Assembly (NCBI GenBank): GCA_020536535.1
Contig: JAHLWZ010000809.1
Span: 1 to 64,000, forward strand
Direction: 5' to 3'
Length of the DNA: 64,000 nucleotides
DNA from: Pelomyxa schiedti
Taxonomy: Eukaryota > Protista > Evosea
Part shown: piece after piece, positions 17,868 through 30,132 of the stretch
Layout: every line of letters begins with the position of its first letter
Position numbering within the stretch: the stretch's first letter is position 1
Made by a program: the position numbers and the translations under genes
The notes under the pieces: generated by a model
The model's database searches: none
What the model was told of the DNA's origin: nothing
Seen by the model: the letters and a program-made list of their open reading frames with translations, nothing else

Positions 17868-19372
17868 ATGGCTCAGACACAGCAAGGAACGTCGTCAGAC
17901 GACCAGGAAGCGGGGGTGTCGTACGACAACGAGGGCGTGTCGCCGCCATCACCACGAGCGGGGGTTGTTGTTGTCGTCGGCGGCAAGCACCGGGGGGCCG
18001 CCGGGGGGGCGACGAGGGTGCTCAACATCAACCACCTGGCGGCCACGATGTGGCTTCTGCCGTGCGTGTGCTACGCCGCTTCGTCGGTGTGCACGACGCT
18101 GCTCAACAAGGCGGTGATAAGGCAGGTCGAGCCAAAGTACTCCCTCTTCTTGTTGGTGTCTCAGGTTGGTCGGTCGATTGGTTTGAGGCCCCGTATACAG
18201 TATAATGGGAATATAATTGTGGCAGAATCCGATAGCTCATCGCACCTCGTGCTTCTTAAAGAGTTTTCCAACTTACCAGTTTGGTTTCGTTTTTAAATAA
18301 TCCAAAAAAAAAAAAGCACATAGCAACAGTTTGTATCACACTGGCACTTCACTGTTTGAAAGTAATACCTCCCTTGTTTTCTGATGTTGACCACTCCATT
18401 GTCATCAAGTGGATCCCACTTGATGTATTATTTGTGTTAATGCTTTTGACAAACACTGCAGCGTAGGTCAGTGAGTTTCTTTTTAAGATACTTACATGCA
18501 CGTTTATCAACCAAGGCTCAAATTTGTATCCATACCAATAGTTACGGTGTTTAAAGCGTTCTCTACTGTTGTTACTGCTCTTGGTGACTATTTTTTATTT
18601 AATCAAAGACTCTCTATTGGAATTGTAGGAAGTCTTGTGCTCATGGTAGACCCACATTGAATTACCAATGAGAATCTAATTATTCTTGCAGGTCGTGTCT
18701 TCTGTTATTGCAGGTTTGAACGACCTGGAGTACAATGGCTGGGGATACTTCTGGATGACTCTAAATTGCATAAGCACATCTTGTTATGCTGTGTGCAAAG
18801 TAATTTGTTTTAACAACTCCTCACCCAATAATAGCTTTACATGAGACTTGCTATGAAGACTAAAGTTCCCGAGTTCACGGCTGCCTTTTTAAACAATGCC
18901 ATTGCTATACCCTTGCTATTTCCTGTGCTGCTGATGTCTGGAACCCTGGAGCAATCATTGATGCAGTAAGTGTGCCACGCTCTCCACTCTCAAATAAAAT
19001 TCAAAAGCACAGCACATTGAGTGGAGGTGGACTGTTTAGAATGATATTTTGCATGAGTTGCGTTTCTGGGTTCTTCGTCTGTTGTTCTGCGTTCTGGTGC
19101 GTTAGAAGAACTTCACCAACAACCTACAGGTACTAGCTTTTTTTTTTTTTCAGTTGTTTTGTTGACTTCACATCAGCATGGTTGGTGCTCTTAACAAAAT
19201 ACCTCTTACCATACTGGGATGGATACTTTTTGGTGCTTCCATGACGTGGTTGGGTGTCACCAGTGTGTGTGTTGGTCTGTCTGCTGGTGTGTGGTATACC
19301 ATGGAAAGAAACATAAAAAAGGACCTACATCCAGAGATAAACTCGAGGAGTATACTACCAAGAATTTTGTAG
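17868..19372 (+). CDS. Golgi GDP-sugar (GDP-mannose) transporter, VRG4/GONST/LPG2 family
   Basis: CYAASSVCTTLLNKAV, KWIPLDVLFVLML, TVFKAFSTVVTALGDY, and TSPTTYSMVGALNKIP (GALNK GDP-sugar motif). Confidence 0.9.
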
Positions 19373-19419
19373 CTATAACCACCAAAAGAATTTAAAGAAA
19401 TGTTTGTCTTCTGTTCTGG

Positions 19420-20664
19420 TTAAGACAGTGGTGGGAACAGGAACCAAATGGCGGGTCTCCTTAGGCCTCCGCCTCTTCCAGGTATCTTGCATGCGGCATT
19501 AATGAATGTAGTTGGGGTGCCGGAGGGAGGCCTTTCTCGGTACACACCGTACCCAGTGTGGGAGTGGCCAAACACATGCACCAAGGGCCGGATGTGAATG
19601 ACCCTGTCATTAGGTGGTGGTGTCGGCGGGTGTTGTGGTGGCCGTGGGTGTTGTTGTGGTTGTGGTTGTGGTTTGTGCTCTTGTTGTTGTGGCATTCCAC
19701 CAGTTACTGGCAGAGCAGAAGTCGGAGGAGTCGATGAACAGGATGATGGCAGAATTCCTTCCGGCACAGCATCACGGCTTCCACACATAACCGGCGATTC
19801 CAAAGCCGGTTCCGGTGGCGGCGCCGATGTCGATGTCGATGCCGATGCCGATGCCGATGGCGTGGATGGTGAGGCCGCGGAACAGCACAGCCGGATGACC
19901 TGCTCCTCACAGGAAGACATGTTCGGGTCGTAGGCCCTCGGCGGCGCGTGGGTGAGCAGCACGTCGACGGCCGAGTGGGCCCCGTCAGCGGGGGGCCTCA
20001 CGTTGGACTTCCAGCCGCTGCCCCACAGCCTCATCACGCCGTCGACGACTACGAGCTCGTCGCGCAGCATCCTGCAGTTGCGTATGACGTCGTCGGGGCG
20101 CGCGACGCGCTTCTCGCGCGACATGGCCTGCTTGGTCGCCGCGTGGCGCCGCGCGTGCGCGTGCTCGTGGTTCCCGCACACGCAGAACTTGTGCCTGTGG
20201 GGCAGCCTCCCGACGAGCTCGTCGAACACCACGAGCTCGTCGTGCCGGCCCCTCAGCGTCATGTCCCCGGCGACGAGCAGCACGTCGCCATCTGGTATCT
20301 CCACGCGAGACAGCAGGCTGTGAGTGTCACTGATGCACACGACCTTGAGCGTCCTCGGCGTAGCCACGTCCACTTGCCTCGCCAACTGCAATTTCTGACC
20401 GTTGTCATTGTTCGTTTCAGCTTCGGATGCATCGGGTTTCACATAAGAATGAGGCTCCGAGGGAGGAGAGACTGACACTGAAGATGAGGTCGAAACTGAA
20501 GAGGAATGTGTATCGGAGACTGAGCCGAAACGCAGAGCAGTCCACGTTGCCGACGGCGAAAGATCAACCCTGAGGCCAGGCCCACGCAACAACTCCGAAT
20601 CGAATGTGTCACATTCTAACGGCTCTTCGTCATCGTCATCCGACGACAGGTCGGAGGAGCTCAT
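19420..20664 (-). CDS. Calcineurin-like metallophosphoesterase (MPPED/239FB-like), single exon
   Basis: VVCISDTH, DVLLVAGDMT, CVCGNHE, VLLTHAPP and HVFGHSH motifs. Confidence 0.9.
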   Translation of the reverse strand: MSSSDLSSDDDDEEPLECDTFDSELLRGPGLRVDLSPSATWTALRFGSVSDTHSSSVSTSSSVSVSPPSEPHSYVKPDASEAETNNDNGQKLQLARQVDVATPRTLKVVCISDTHSLLSRVEIPDGDVLLVAGDMTLRGRHDELVVFDELVGRLPHRHKFCVCGNHEHAHARRHAATKQAMSREKRVARPDDVIRNCRMLRDELVVVDGVMRLWGSGWKSNVRPPADGAHSAVDVLLTHAPPRAYDPNMSSCEEQVIRLCCSAASPSTPSASASASTSTSAPPPEPALESPVMCGSRDAVPEGILPSSCSSTPPTSALPVTGGMPQQQEHKPQPQPQQHPRPPQHPPTPPPNDRVIHIRPLVHVFGHSHTGYGVYRERPPSGTPTTFINAACKIPGRGGGLRRPAIWFLFPPLS

Positions 20665-20765
20665 CGCCCGCTTTGATCAATGGCAATTTGTTGATGTCCC
20701 CGAAATCGTTCAGATGTCAAGATCTGGCTCAGGTACATCCTCCATTTTTTCGAACAAAAGGAGCA

Positions 20766-22408
20766 ATGAAAGGAACCGTTGTGCTAGTGGTACTTTGTCT
20801 GTGGCTTGGGCACGTAGAATGCGGCACTACATGTCCTCAGCCTCACCCTGTAGTTCTTGTTCCTGGCGTGTATGTTTTTTCCCTCTTTTGCTCCCATCCT
20901 TTCCGTGTCATCTCGTACTCACTGGCAAAAAGGGGTGGATCAATTTTAGAAGGGCTTCTGGACTTGTCTGATGACATTGTTCTCCCTCATGACATTTGCC
21001 CACACCAAACGTATTTGTTTCTTGAGTGTCCTTTGCCTCGTGACACTTTTTATAGTACAGAATGGACAAGGTGGTGGATTGACAATCGGGACATGGAACC
21101 ACCAATGGAGGACTGCCTTCTTTACTACCTGTAATCTTATTTATTACTTTCCCAAACTTACACACCTAGTACACCACAATGGATCAACGGCTCTATGCAA
21201 AACCCTGAGGGCATTGATATACGAACTCCTGATTGGGGTTGTACCACCGGACTGTGTTTATCTCCTGTTCATCTAGTCTAGGTGGTGTCTATGCAATTGA
21301 CATACTGGACCCTGATTTACTAATGGAACTATTCACACACTATTTCCATGGCACTATCCAGGGCTTTGAAGATGCCGGTTTCCTTTCATTTGTTTCCTCT
21401 TTCCCCTACAGTAACAAAATACAGGGTATGTTGTGGGAACTAACCTTTTTGGCGCGCCATACGACTGGAGGTGTGTTGAAACCCTCTTGCACTTATTATA
21501 ATACACGCCAAGGTACTTCCCGTCGCCAAGCTATTGTGAAGCTCTCCAGGAGTTGGTGGAACAAGCCTTTGCACTGAATAATAACACTAAAGTTGAATTA
21601 GTGAGCCATAGTCTTGGTGGCCCTGTTTCATATTACTTCCTCCAAAATATGGTACGAAAATATCTGTGGGAAATTACTTACGTCCACATAAGGAAGAAGA
21701 ATGGAAAGAAAAATTCTTGCATCGCTGGATTACATTATCATCACCTTGGTATGGCTCTGTTCAAGCTATAAAGTACGCTCTATCTGGTGATAACTTTGGC
21801 CTGCCTGTTCCACATATCAATTACCGCGCAGCACAACGAGCAATGCCTGCCACTTACTGTTTGCTACACTATCTTCTTATTTTTTCTTATTCCTGTGCTT
21901 AGATCTACTTGCACTCCCACAATACTGGAATACAACCGTGCTTGTAACAACGCCTTCCGCTACCTATAGTGCTGAAGACTACCAAACACTATGGAATGTA
22001 GCAGACATTGATCACGCATGGGAACTTACACAGGTAGAGCGCCCTTTTTTTCATCCATCATGAGAAAATGGTTAGGAAGCTTGGACATATTACGGTGAAC
22101 TGAATTTCCCTGTTGACCCTGATGGTGTAGCTGCCAACTTACCTCACATCTGCATGTACTCATATGGCGAGAAAACAGACGAGCAGTACGTGTATACAAG
22201 TGACACGAATTTTGATGACAACCCCAAAATTACTTGGGGTGACGGGGATGGCACAGTCAATGCCTTCTCGCTATCAGAACAATGTGCCCTGTGGGCAGCG
22301 TCTGGAAACACCAAAGCCATATATACCTACAGCGATGTTGACCACGTGGGCATTTTATCAGACAGTCGAGCCGTAGACCAACTGGTTTCTTTGGCTTGCT
22401 CTGACTGA
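20766..22408 (+). CDS. LCAT / group XV phospholipase A2 family, secreted or lysosomal
   Basis: Signal peptide, HPVVLVPGVGGSILEG, nucleophile motif VSHSLGG, ITLSSPWYGS, GDGDGTV and DHVGIL. Confidence 0.9.
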
Positions 22409-22511
22409 ATCCCACCAAAAGCAATGTAAATGCAAATTATTTAAAAAGTGCATGAATCCATATGCAAATACATTTTTTTTTTGGACAAGCCAACAACCAA
22501 GACTCCATAAA

Positions 22512-24602
22512 TTAATTTGGTGCTGGTCCAGCAACAATGGGAAGGTCACCAGGACCAGAGGCAACGAGTTGGTATATTTGCATGGTGTTGTCAGCCCAGT
22601 ATTCCATGAATACATTGTTGTACTGATCTATGAAAAGGCGGTGGTACTGTATGTAACACCCAACCTTCTCAATTGGAACAACTGTTTCCCGTTAACAAGA
22701 GTATTGCCGTAGCTAAAAAGAAAAGACCTGTGGGTTCCACCATAAACATCTCCCATGTGCCTGTCTTTCCAAAAACAGGTGAACGCATTAGCCCCAGGAC
22801 CCAATTTTGGCCAGCTCCCAGGCAACCCAAACTCTCATCGGGAGCTTCAATCAGCTGATAATAATAGTCGCCGGATATTGCAATTGTGCCTTCACCTCCG
22901 CCAACACAGCCTCCTGCGGCCCAGTCGATGTCCCACCTTTGCCTCATTGAGTCGGGGATGACATATTAGAGGAAATTGTACCCATTGCAATCTATAGAAC
23001 TGAACATTGCATCACCTGGGAGAGTGAGTCCAGACGTTTGCCAAGTGTTCCAATCCCTTGTTCTCGCTACTCCACGGTAGCTTTTCACATTTCCGGCATC
23101 CCAACCGTGGAATGTTACATAGTAGTATCTCAAACGAAGATTAGTATTTGTAATTTAAGACCACTTCATTACCCACTACTATCCTTCAAAATGATTTCAG
23201 GTGTACCCTCATCAACTGTTGATTTGGCGCAGTGCTTTCCCGTGCCACTGCAAATAGCACTCCATAGTTCCCCAGGCGTCACAACCGGGTTGAGGGAAGA
23301 TCTTGGTTTGTACATCATTATTCGTTTGTTACTGATTAGGAAATACGGTGTAAATGGGCCTGTTGGGTAATAGTCATATCGTTCGTATAAACACATCTCC
23401 CAACCACTGTACGTTAGCAAAGATTAGTATATTCTTTTGATACATTAAGAGCATTAAAAAGGCATACTTGGATCGATCAAGACATTGTGCAATATACAAC
23501 CACTTATTCAATTCTTTGTCATAAAATCCAGCACCGTCGACGATGGCGCATTCATCAGCTGTGTTTGCTGTTGGTGTAGCAATAGGAGTCAGGTCACTCC
23601 ATGTGATGCCTCGGTCGTTTGTGCTTCTAACAACAGCACGTGCCCAATCTGACTAATAACATTACCATAACTAATAAAAGAGAAGGAGATTACCAAGCAA
23701 TATGATGGTTGAGCAGCAAATCCATACTCTCTATGGAAGAGAAACCACTCTGAAGGGTCCCAAGGGCTTGGTACAAAGTGAAAGCCAACATTCATCGAAC
23801 TCCCAAAGAATGCCGAACTCACAAATGACCACTGAGCTAAGAAGAAATGAGGCCTACTCAATAGGAAAAAAAGTACCTGTGTTGTTCCAGAATAGCCCCA
23901 GAGGTCCTGGATCTAAAGACTTAACAGTAGTATAATAGTGAACAACAGCAGCGCAACAATAGTAGTACACGCGGAACTCGAGAGAAGAGCTTGTGCCTTT
24001 GTGAGCAAGTCTGTAAGGAGAAGAAAAAAGTGACCTGCATCCAGTGTTTGAAAAGAAGAGAGAAAACACTTGAATTCTGTCCAAACCAGCCGAGTCAAAG
24101 TCGGTCCTTTAGAGAGGGTTAAAGGAGGAACATTTACATAAAACATGTGCCTATATAAAGTTAAAGTCGCCAGAATCTTGGACTTGGTAGCATCGTTGAC
24201 CTCAAGCCTTACAATCTCCAGATTATCAGCGGAATTGTTATCAATGGCAAGTGCAAAATCAACACGTGACGCCGCAGATGTGTACACAGCGTTGGTGTAA
24301 GGTCCTGTGGTGAGTGCATTAGAGTACAAGCCGCTTTTTCACCTTGGGACAACCATATGTCATGTAGGCCTTGGACGCGTCGTTTACAGTAACAATCCAC
24401 GCCGTAGAAGAGTAATTGCTGCCAGTCTGATGATAAGATGACTGAGCAGGGTAGAAAGTGGCCGTTGGGTAGCTGCCGTCTCCGCAGCCGCCTACACAAT
24501 AATACCTTGTAAGCGCCGTAAAAAACCACTAACAAGTACTCAACATGCTAAACGCAACAACGCCAGTGTCGCAAACCCGGTCACCCACCCCCGCAGCCTC
24601 AT
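22512..24602 (-). CDS. Secreted protein: carbohydrate-binding-module-like domain plus beta-propeller (putative glycoside hydrolase)
   Basis: Signal-like N-terminus MRLRGWVTGFATLALL; beta-sandwich-like YMTYGPY...FALAIDNNSADN...LEFRVY; Asp-box-like RSTNDRGITWS; propeller-like CAIVDGAGFYD, VDEGTPEII, YYVTFHGWD. About 9 introns spliced manually. Confidence 0.7.
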
Positions 24603-24753
24603 TCCCACTCAACCGTTTTTTTTTTTCTTCTTGCAGTGTTGTTGAATGGGTTTTGGGTAATTAATTAGCTACTTTGTATAGCTTCCGCGAAGCAGGGTTG
24701 AGGAGGGTGGGTGCCTTCACACACAACGTGGTCGTATCAGATACTACTAGATT

Positions 24754-25877
24754 TTACAAAACTCCCGCCTGGACTAGCTCGGTCAGCCTTCTTGCCAGTT
24801 GGTCAAACAGGGGCTTGATGTTGTCGCCGGTCTTGGCGGAGCACTCCACGTACAAGGGGGGGCCGCCGCCGGTGGCGCCGGCCGACGTCGACGCGGTCTG
24901 GAGCTCCGTGATGTACTGCTGGGCCATTTCGGGCGTGACCATGCGGCTTTTCACCAGGTCGGTTTTGTTGGCCGCCAGGACCAGGACGATGTTGGAGGGT
25001 GCTCGCACACGCAGCTCGTCGACCCACTGCTTCAGCGTGTCAAATGAGGTCTGTGATTGAATGTGTGTGTGTATGTGTGTTGGTTGGTTGGTTGTGAGAG
25101 GGGGAAGAGGAGATAGTTAGGGGAAAAGCTAATGAAGGTTTGGTAAGGAAGTGGGGATGTTTTGGGGAGAGGGGGGGGGGGGAAAAATGAGAGAAATGGG
25201 AGAAGGATAGAAACTTTACTATCAACGGCATATACGATAATAGCAGCGGAGGCTTGGCGATAATACATGGGTGTTAGTGACCTCTAAGGAGGGGTTGATT
25301 TCAATAAAGATAAGAAAAGAGCAAATACAAAACGTTCTTGGCCAGCCTAGTTGTTTGTTTACAGTGGAACGTTAATTATTTGAATGTTGTTTAGGGCCGG
25401 TCATACCGTGTCCCAGATCTTTTGTCACCAATGAAACAGCATAATGGCACCCGAAAATATACTTTATTGAGGGAATAAAGAAAAAAAGAATATTACCTCC
25501 ATCTTTACATTTTTGCCATCAACACTAGAATTATACACCTGAAATGAAGCACTTGGGGAATTGAGAACGGCAGTTACTTAAATTCACTCACCCTATTGTT
25601 GCTTCGCTGTGAGGGTCAAAAGAATCGCGTGTCAATCTGCTTACAATTGCCGTTTTGCCTTTTTAAACACAATTACGTTCGTACTAATGCCTAATTTCTT
25701 TGTAAAAATTGGTGATACCTGTTCCAACATCACCCAATAATACAACTTTGAGCCCAGTCACCAATTTGTTCCTCGGTTTTCGTCCTGGGCACATACATGT
25801 GTACTGTAAAAAAATAAATAAAAAAGTCCCACTCCCATACCGTGGTGCTGTTCCTCTCCCCCATGGCACTGACCCAT
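24754..25877 (-). CDS. Rab5/Rab22-like small GTPase with N-terminal MGxC and no C-terminal Cys
   Basis: [48 protein letters not shown] and ECSAKTG. Starts MGQCHG and ends LVQAGVL*. Confidence 0.88.
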
Positions 25878-26036
25878 TAATTACCTAACTGATTTTTGTT
25901 TTTGTTTGATTTCTTTTCGCTCTTTCTTCAGGTTGTTCTGCCCTTGTTTCTGGTTAGACAAGGAGAGACGAAAAGAGATTCTGATCAGATCTTTTTTTTT
26001 TTTTGCTTTTCCACAGACCCATCGACAGCCACCACG

Positions 26037-26518
26037 ATGGCCGACACCGTACGAGATCCGTCGTGTCTGTTTTGTTTGTGTTGTTTGGTTTTTATGCCCC
26101 ACCGGTGGCACACACCAACGAAGCGCGTTTACGCAGGAAACATTCGACGTTGGGAAACTGGTCTCAATGGACTGGAAGATGGGCGTAGCAGTCACTTCGA
26201 GCAGATGCAAACGCCTCAACGCTCCATTCGTCGTTGTTCAACTGAGGACCCAGAACGCATCGGGTGAAGTAAGCACAAACTCGCTGGAAATGACAATCCC
26301 TGAGTTCCAGGTTTACCTTTTGTGCTGTTGGTGTTGGTGTTGTTATGCCACATACGCGTTAGAGTTAGTAACTTCCTAAATAAATAACAACACTGGCAGT
26401 GAGTGAATGCCATGAGCCAATAACATTCTTAAGAATAAAGTAAATTGGATAGCATGCACTCAACTTTCTTCAGAACTTCTCCAAACGGATCAAGGAAGCT
26501 GCTGCGTGTATGACTTAA
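26037..26518 (+). CDS. COMMD6: COMM domain-containing protein 6
   Basis: Short protein consisting essentially of the COMM domain: LVSMDWKMGVAVTSSRCKRLNAPFVVVQL...LEMTIPEFQNFSKRIKEAAACMT*. Confidence 0.85.
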
Positions 26519-26871
26519 TAGAAAGTGTAGAAAGATTTGAAGGGGCCTTCAGAACAAAAAAGAATTTGTATTTCTGTTTCTTAACCTTACACAAACAAGT
26601 CTTGAAAAGAAGTTTAAATCTGGTTCAACCCCACTTGAAATCAAGGAACTGGATCTGTGCGATCTTATCATTTTCTGTTAGTAGACGCAATTCCACGTCA
26701 GCTGGGGACCGATGGACGTTGATTCCCCCCAACGCGGTAGTGATGAAAAAAACCACGCCCTTGCTGGTTTTTGGGGAGCTTTTTTTTTCCCTCTGTTTCA
26801 TTTTTTTTTTTTTTTTTGTTCAAAAAAGAACACAAACCCAAGGAGCTGTAATAGTTGTATTAGTTCACTAT

Positions 26872-27898
26872 CTACGGGACCTGGTGCCCCGACTTGCGGG
26901 CAGCCAGAGCCGCCTCGTCGCGGCAACGCAGCCGCCACGCCAGCATCGAGCTTGACACCACGGCGGCGACCAGCAGCCCCAGCGTTATCAGTGACACGAT
27001 TGTCCATGTCAACCACACGAGCGCCGGCGAGTTGGTCACGGGGTCGTAGAAGAAGAACATCACGAGCGCCAGGACGGCAAGGCCGATCCTGCCTTCGGTG
27101 CCGGAGAGGGCGCCGACGGAAATCACGTGCTTGGCTTCGTACATGTCTTGGTACGCGACCTTGCACACTGTCAGGTAAAACATTATGACCATCATGTAGC
27201 CCACTCTGTTTATTGGTTGGAGGGGTGACGCGTGCGAGCAAGGAAGGAACGAACGAACCGGGGATCCTGAATGGCGGGAGAGTATCCAAGTGGCACAAAC
27301 CACAGGAACATAGAAAGATTGTCTACGAAGATATCTACAAACTGACCATAATGCGGTCTGCACATATCCCGGAATCTTGCTATTGTGCCATCCATACTGG
27401 GTTTTTTAAAAAAAATTAACGACAAAAATAGTGCAGGTGAAGGAACAAGCCAACCTGTCACAGAACCAATGCATTACGAGGAAGCCAATAGAGGCAATCC
27501 ACCACCAAGAACACTTCCATGCCAAAATATATGACAACCCAACACCAAAACTCGCAGCCAACCCCGCAAATGTCAGTTTATCCGCTGTCACCCACCTCGG
27601 CATACGGGCAGCGAACCACCACAGCAACAATCTCTCATAGTAATGCAGAACCCTAAATATTGGAAATTAAGAACACGACTCATAAAAAAAAAAAAAAAAA
27701 AAAGAAATAAAAGATAAATAAATCCCACTGATAATAAAACCAAAAGAGCCAAACGCAAGAGAAGAAGAGATACCCCTCGTGCACTCTTTCTATTTTCATC
27801 TTGGCCTCAGCGGCCTCGGCTGTGATTTGTACAACAGGACCGTCGCCGCTTTCGGGCGTGCCGTGCTCAATTGAGCCATCGTCGGGTGTAGTTGACAT
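26872..27898 (-). CDS. CDP-alcohol phosphatidyltransferase family protein (bacterial-like subtype)
   Basis: RMPRWVTADKLT...HWFCD|SMDGTIARFRDMCRPHYGQFVDIFVD, a DxxDGxxARxxxxxxxxGxxxDxxxD motif, plus GTEGR. Confidence 0.85.
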
Positions 27899-28158
27899 AA
27901 GAGTGAACCGAAAAAACAGCACGAAAAAGAACAAAGCAGAACAAACAGCAAAAACAAAAAAATAAAACAGGGAAACGGAGATCAAAGATTGGTGAGTGAA
28001 TCACTTCCGTTTCTGTGGAGTGATGTGCCCGGTGCGAAAGATCCAAGAACTTTTTTCGTTTAGTCGTATCCTCTCTGTTTGGGCTCGTATCGGACCGCCA
28101 GTGCCGGCATCAGAACAACGACACACTCGTAAACACACAGTAACATAGATCTGGTGCA

Positions 28159-30091
28159 ATGGTGATGAAACTGCGTACCAAGGCGAGCTACGTCGCCGTC
28201 AATTTTGCGATGGAGCAAGCAAACTCCATTTTCATGCTTTTTGGACTGTGGTACATGACAGACATTGCGTTGCTGTCGACTGGTTTGGCTGGCACCGTTG
28301 CCATTTTATACAGAATATGGGATGGTAACTCCCTTTTTTCCCCTCTAAGAGCTTGCAATATGCATATTGAATATGTAAATTAGTTTACGCATTGTATTGG
28401 CCCAAACTGACGCTTTCTATATAGCACTCAATGATCCCGTTGTGGGGTATTTTAGTGATCAGACACACTCAAAGTATGGCCGGCGTGTGCCTTGGATGTT
28501 CTGGGGCACATTCCCTTATGTTATAGCCTTTTTATTGTTTTGGAGTACACCTTCTGGGTATGCTCCTATCTCTTGGTTTCTTCTATCTTCCACGCACATA
28601 GGAGCCAAGCTTGGCTCTTCATATTCTTTCTGTTGGTACAGTGTTTACTTGATGGTGGCTACACTAGCATGTGCCTACACCCTACAAACTTCTTTAATAA
28701 TTAATGAACCCTTTGCTCAGATATGTCCCGCATATCAGCTTACTCAACGATCTCACCACAGACTACACTGAGCGCTTCCTCATTAACATTTTGCGCTTTG
28801 TGGCACAGCTTCTTGGCTCTGGTTCCGCATTTGTGGCTGCTGCACTTGTCTTTTCGATTGTGAACAATCCAAAAACCCAGTTTTTCGTGCTTGCTATATT
28901 AATCTGTTGTGTGTATGCCCCATGTGTATTCTGGTGCTGTTATGAGTGCAAAGGCATTCATACCGAAACTAGACAGGCTGCCATAAAACCGCAAGTTTGT
29001 TTCCCCGTTTTTTTTACAGAACACCGACTGTTATCACCAGACCTTTGCTGAGACTATGAGGAACGTTGTGAAATTATTCAAAGTCAAGGAATTTGTAATC
29101 GTTTTTTTCCAAAATGGTTGCTGCACAGTAGCTTGTCAGGCAAGCATTCACGTGCTTCCTTACTTGCTGATTAACTACATGAGACTTAATGCAACGTAAC
29201 CAATGTCACTAACATAACACTCCTTTCACCTCCAAATTTGACTCATTTGACTCACAGACAACTTATTGTATGCATCCTAGTCACTGAAGGCTGCGGAGTT
29301 GTTGCAGCTTCGTTACTGCTCACTTTTGGAAAAGTTTCACCCCCAACCTAAACATATCACTAAGATACAATAGGACGTACCAAAACGAACTCTATTCTTC
29401 TTTGGTACTTCTGCGTGGCTTTCATTTTACTTGTGCCTGCCTTTCCTCACACCATCTAATTGGTATATGATATACCCGTTTGCAATTGTCCTTGGAATTG
29501 GAGTGGCAACTTCCCAGGTTATACGATCACGAAATCAATGTTTTACAGCTGAGATTTTCTTAGATGATTCCAATTTCATTCGTAACTGACCTTGGAGATT
29601 ATGTTGACCTGGCCCTTGGCAGGCGAATGGAGGGCATCATTTTTGCCGTCATCCATTGTGGCTTCAAGGTACAACACAGCTAAGCGCCTTTATTTTTCAT
29701 CAAGTGCCACTAGATCGGAGTTGGGATAGCACTGTTGATTTTTGAGCTCCTTCTACACTTCGTCGGATTTGTCCCGCAAGGCAAAAATCTAATCAATGCT
29801 GGTGGAAGTACCGACGTCGTACTTCCTCCTTTGGAACTCGCTGTGGAACGGGCTCTGCGGTGGTACACCTTCTTTGTACCAGGTGTGGAAGTGCTCCCAC
29901 TACCACTTTCAGCATGTAACATTCCTTTAGGACTTCTTGTGATTGTGGCTATTTTGATGAACAAGTACAATCCCATTTGCGACGCGGAACCACCAACACA
30001 AGTTCCTATTGGTATTCTCTGGTATAGAAAACAAGCACCAACGAGTCATGAAGCTACTACAACGCAGAGACGGAAACCCGCCCTCGTTTGA
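28159..30091 (+). CDS. MFS transporter, GPH/MFS_2 (Na+/melibiose symporter, MFSD2-like) family
   Basis: RIWD..ALNDPVVGYFSDQTHSKYGRRVPWM, LNDLTTDYTER, DYVDLALGRRMEGIIF. Last codons run through the left arm of the inverted repeat. Confidence 0.85.
29976..30041 (+). repeat. Left arm of a perfect 66-bp inverted repeat
   Basis: tttgcgacgcggaaccaccaacacaagttcctattggtattctctggtatagaaaacaagcaccaa is the exact reverse complement of 30409-30474 (checked by eye). Confidence 0.95.
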
Positions 30092-30132
30092 CTCCGAACC
30101 CCAGTCCAAGCAGATTCCCTGACAAGAATCAA

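Noticed and set aside
27684-27703. Long poly-A/T runs (also about 35047, 38835, 34341) as retroposon tails
   Set aside because: They are T-tracts inside introns of the host genes, with no flanking duplications.
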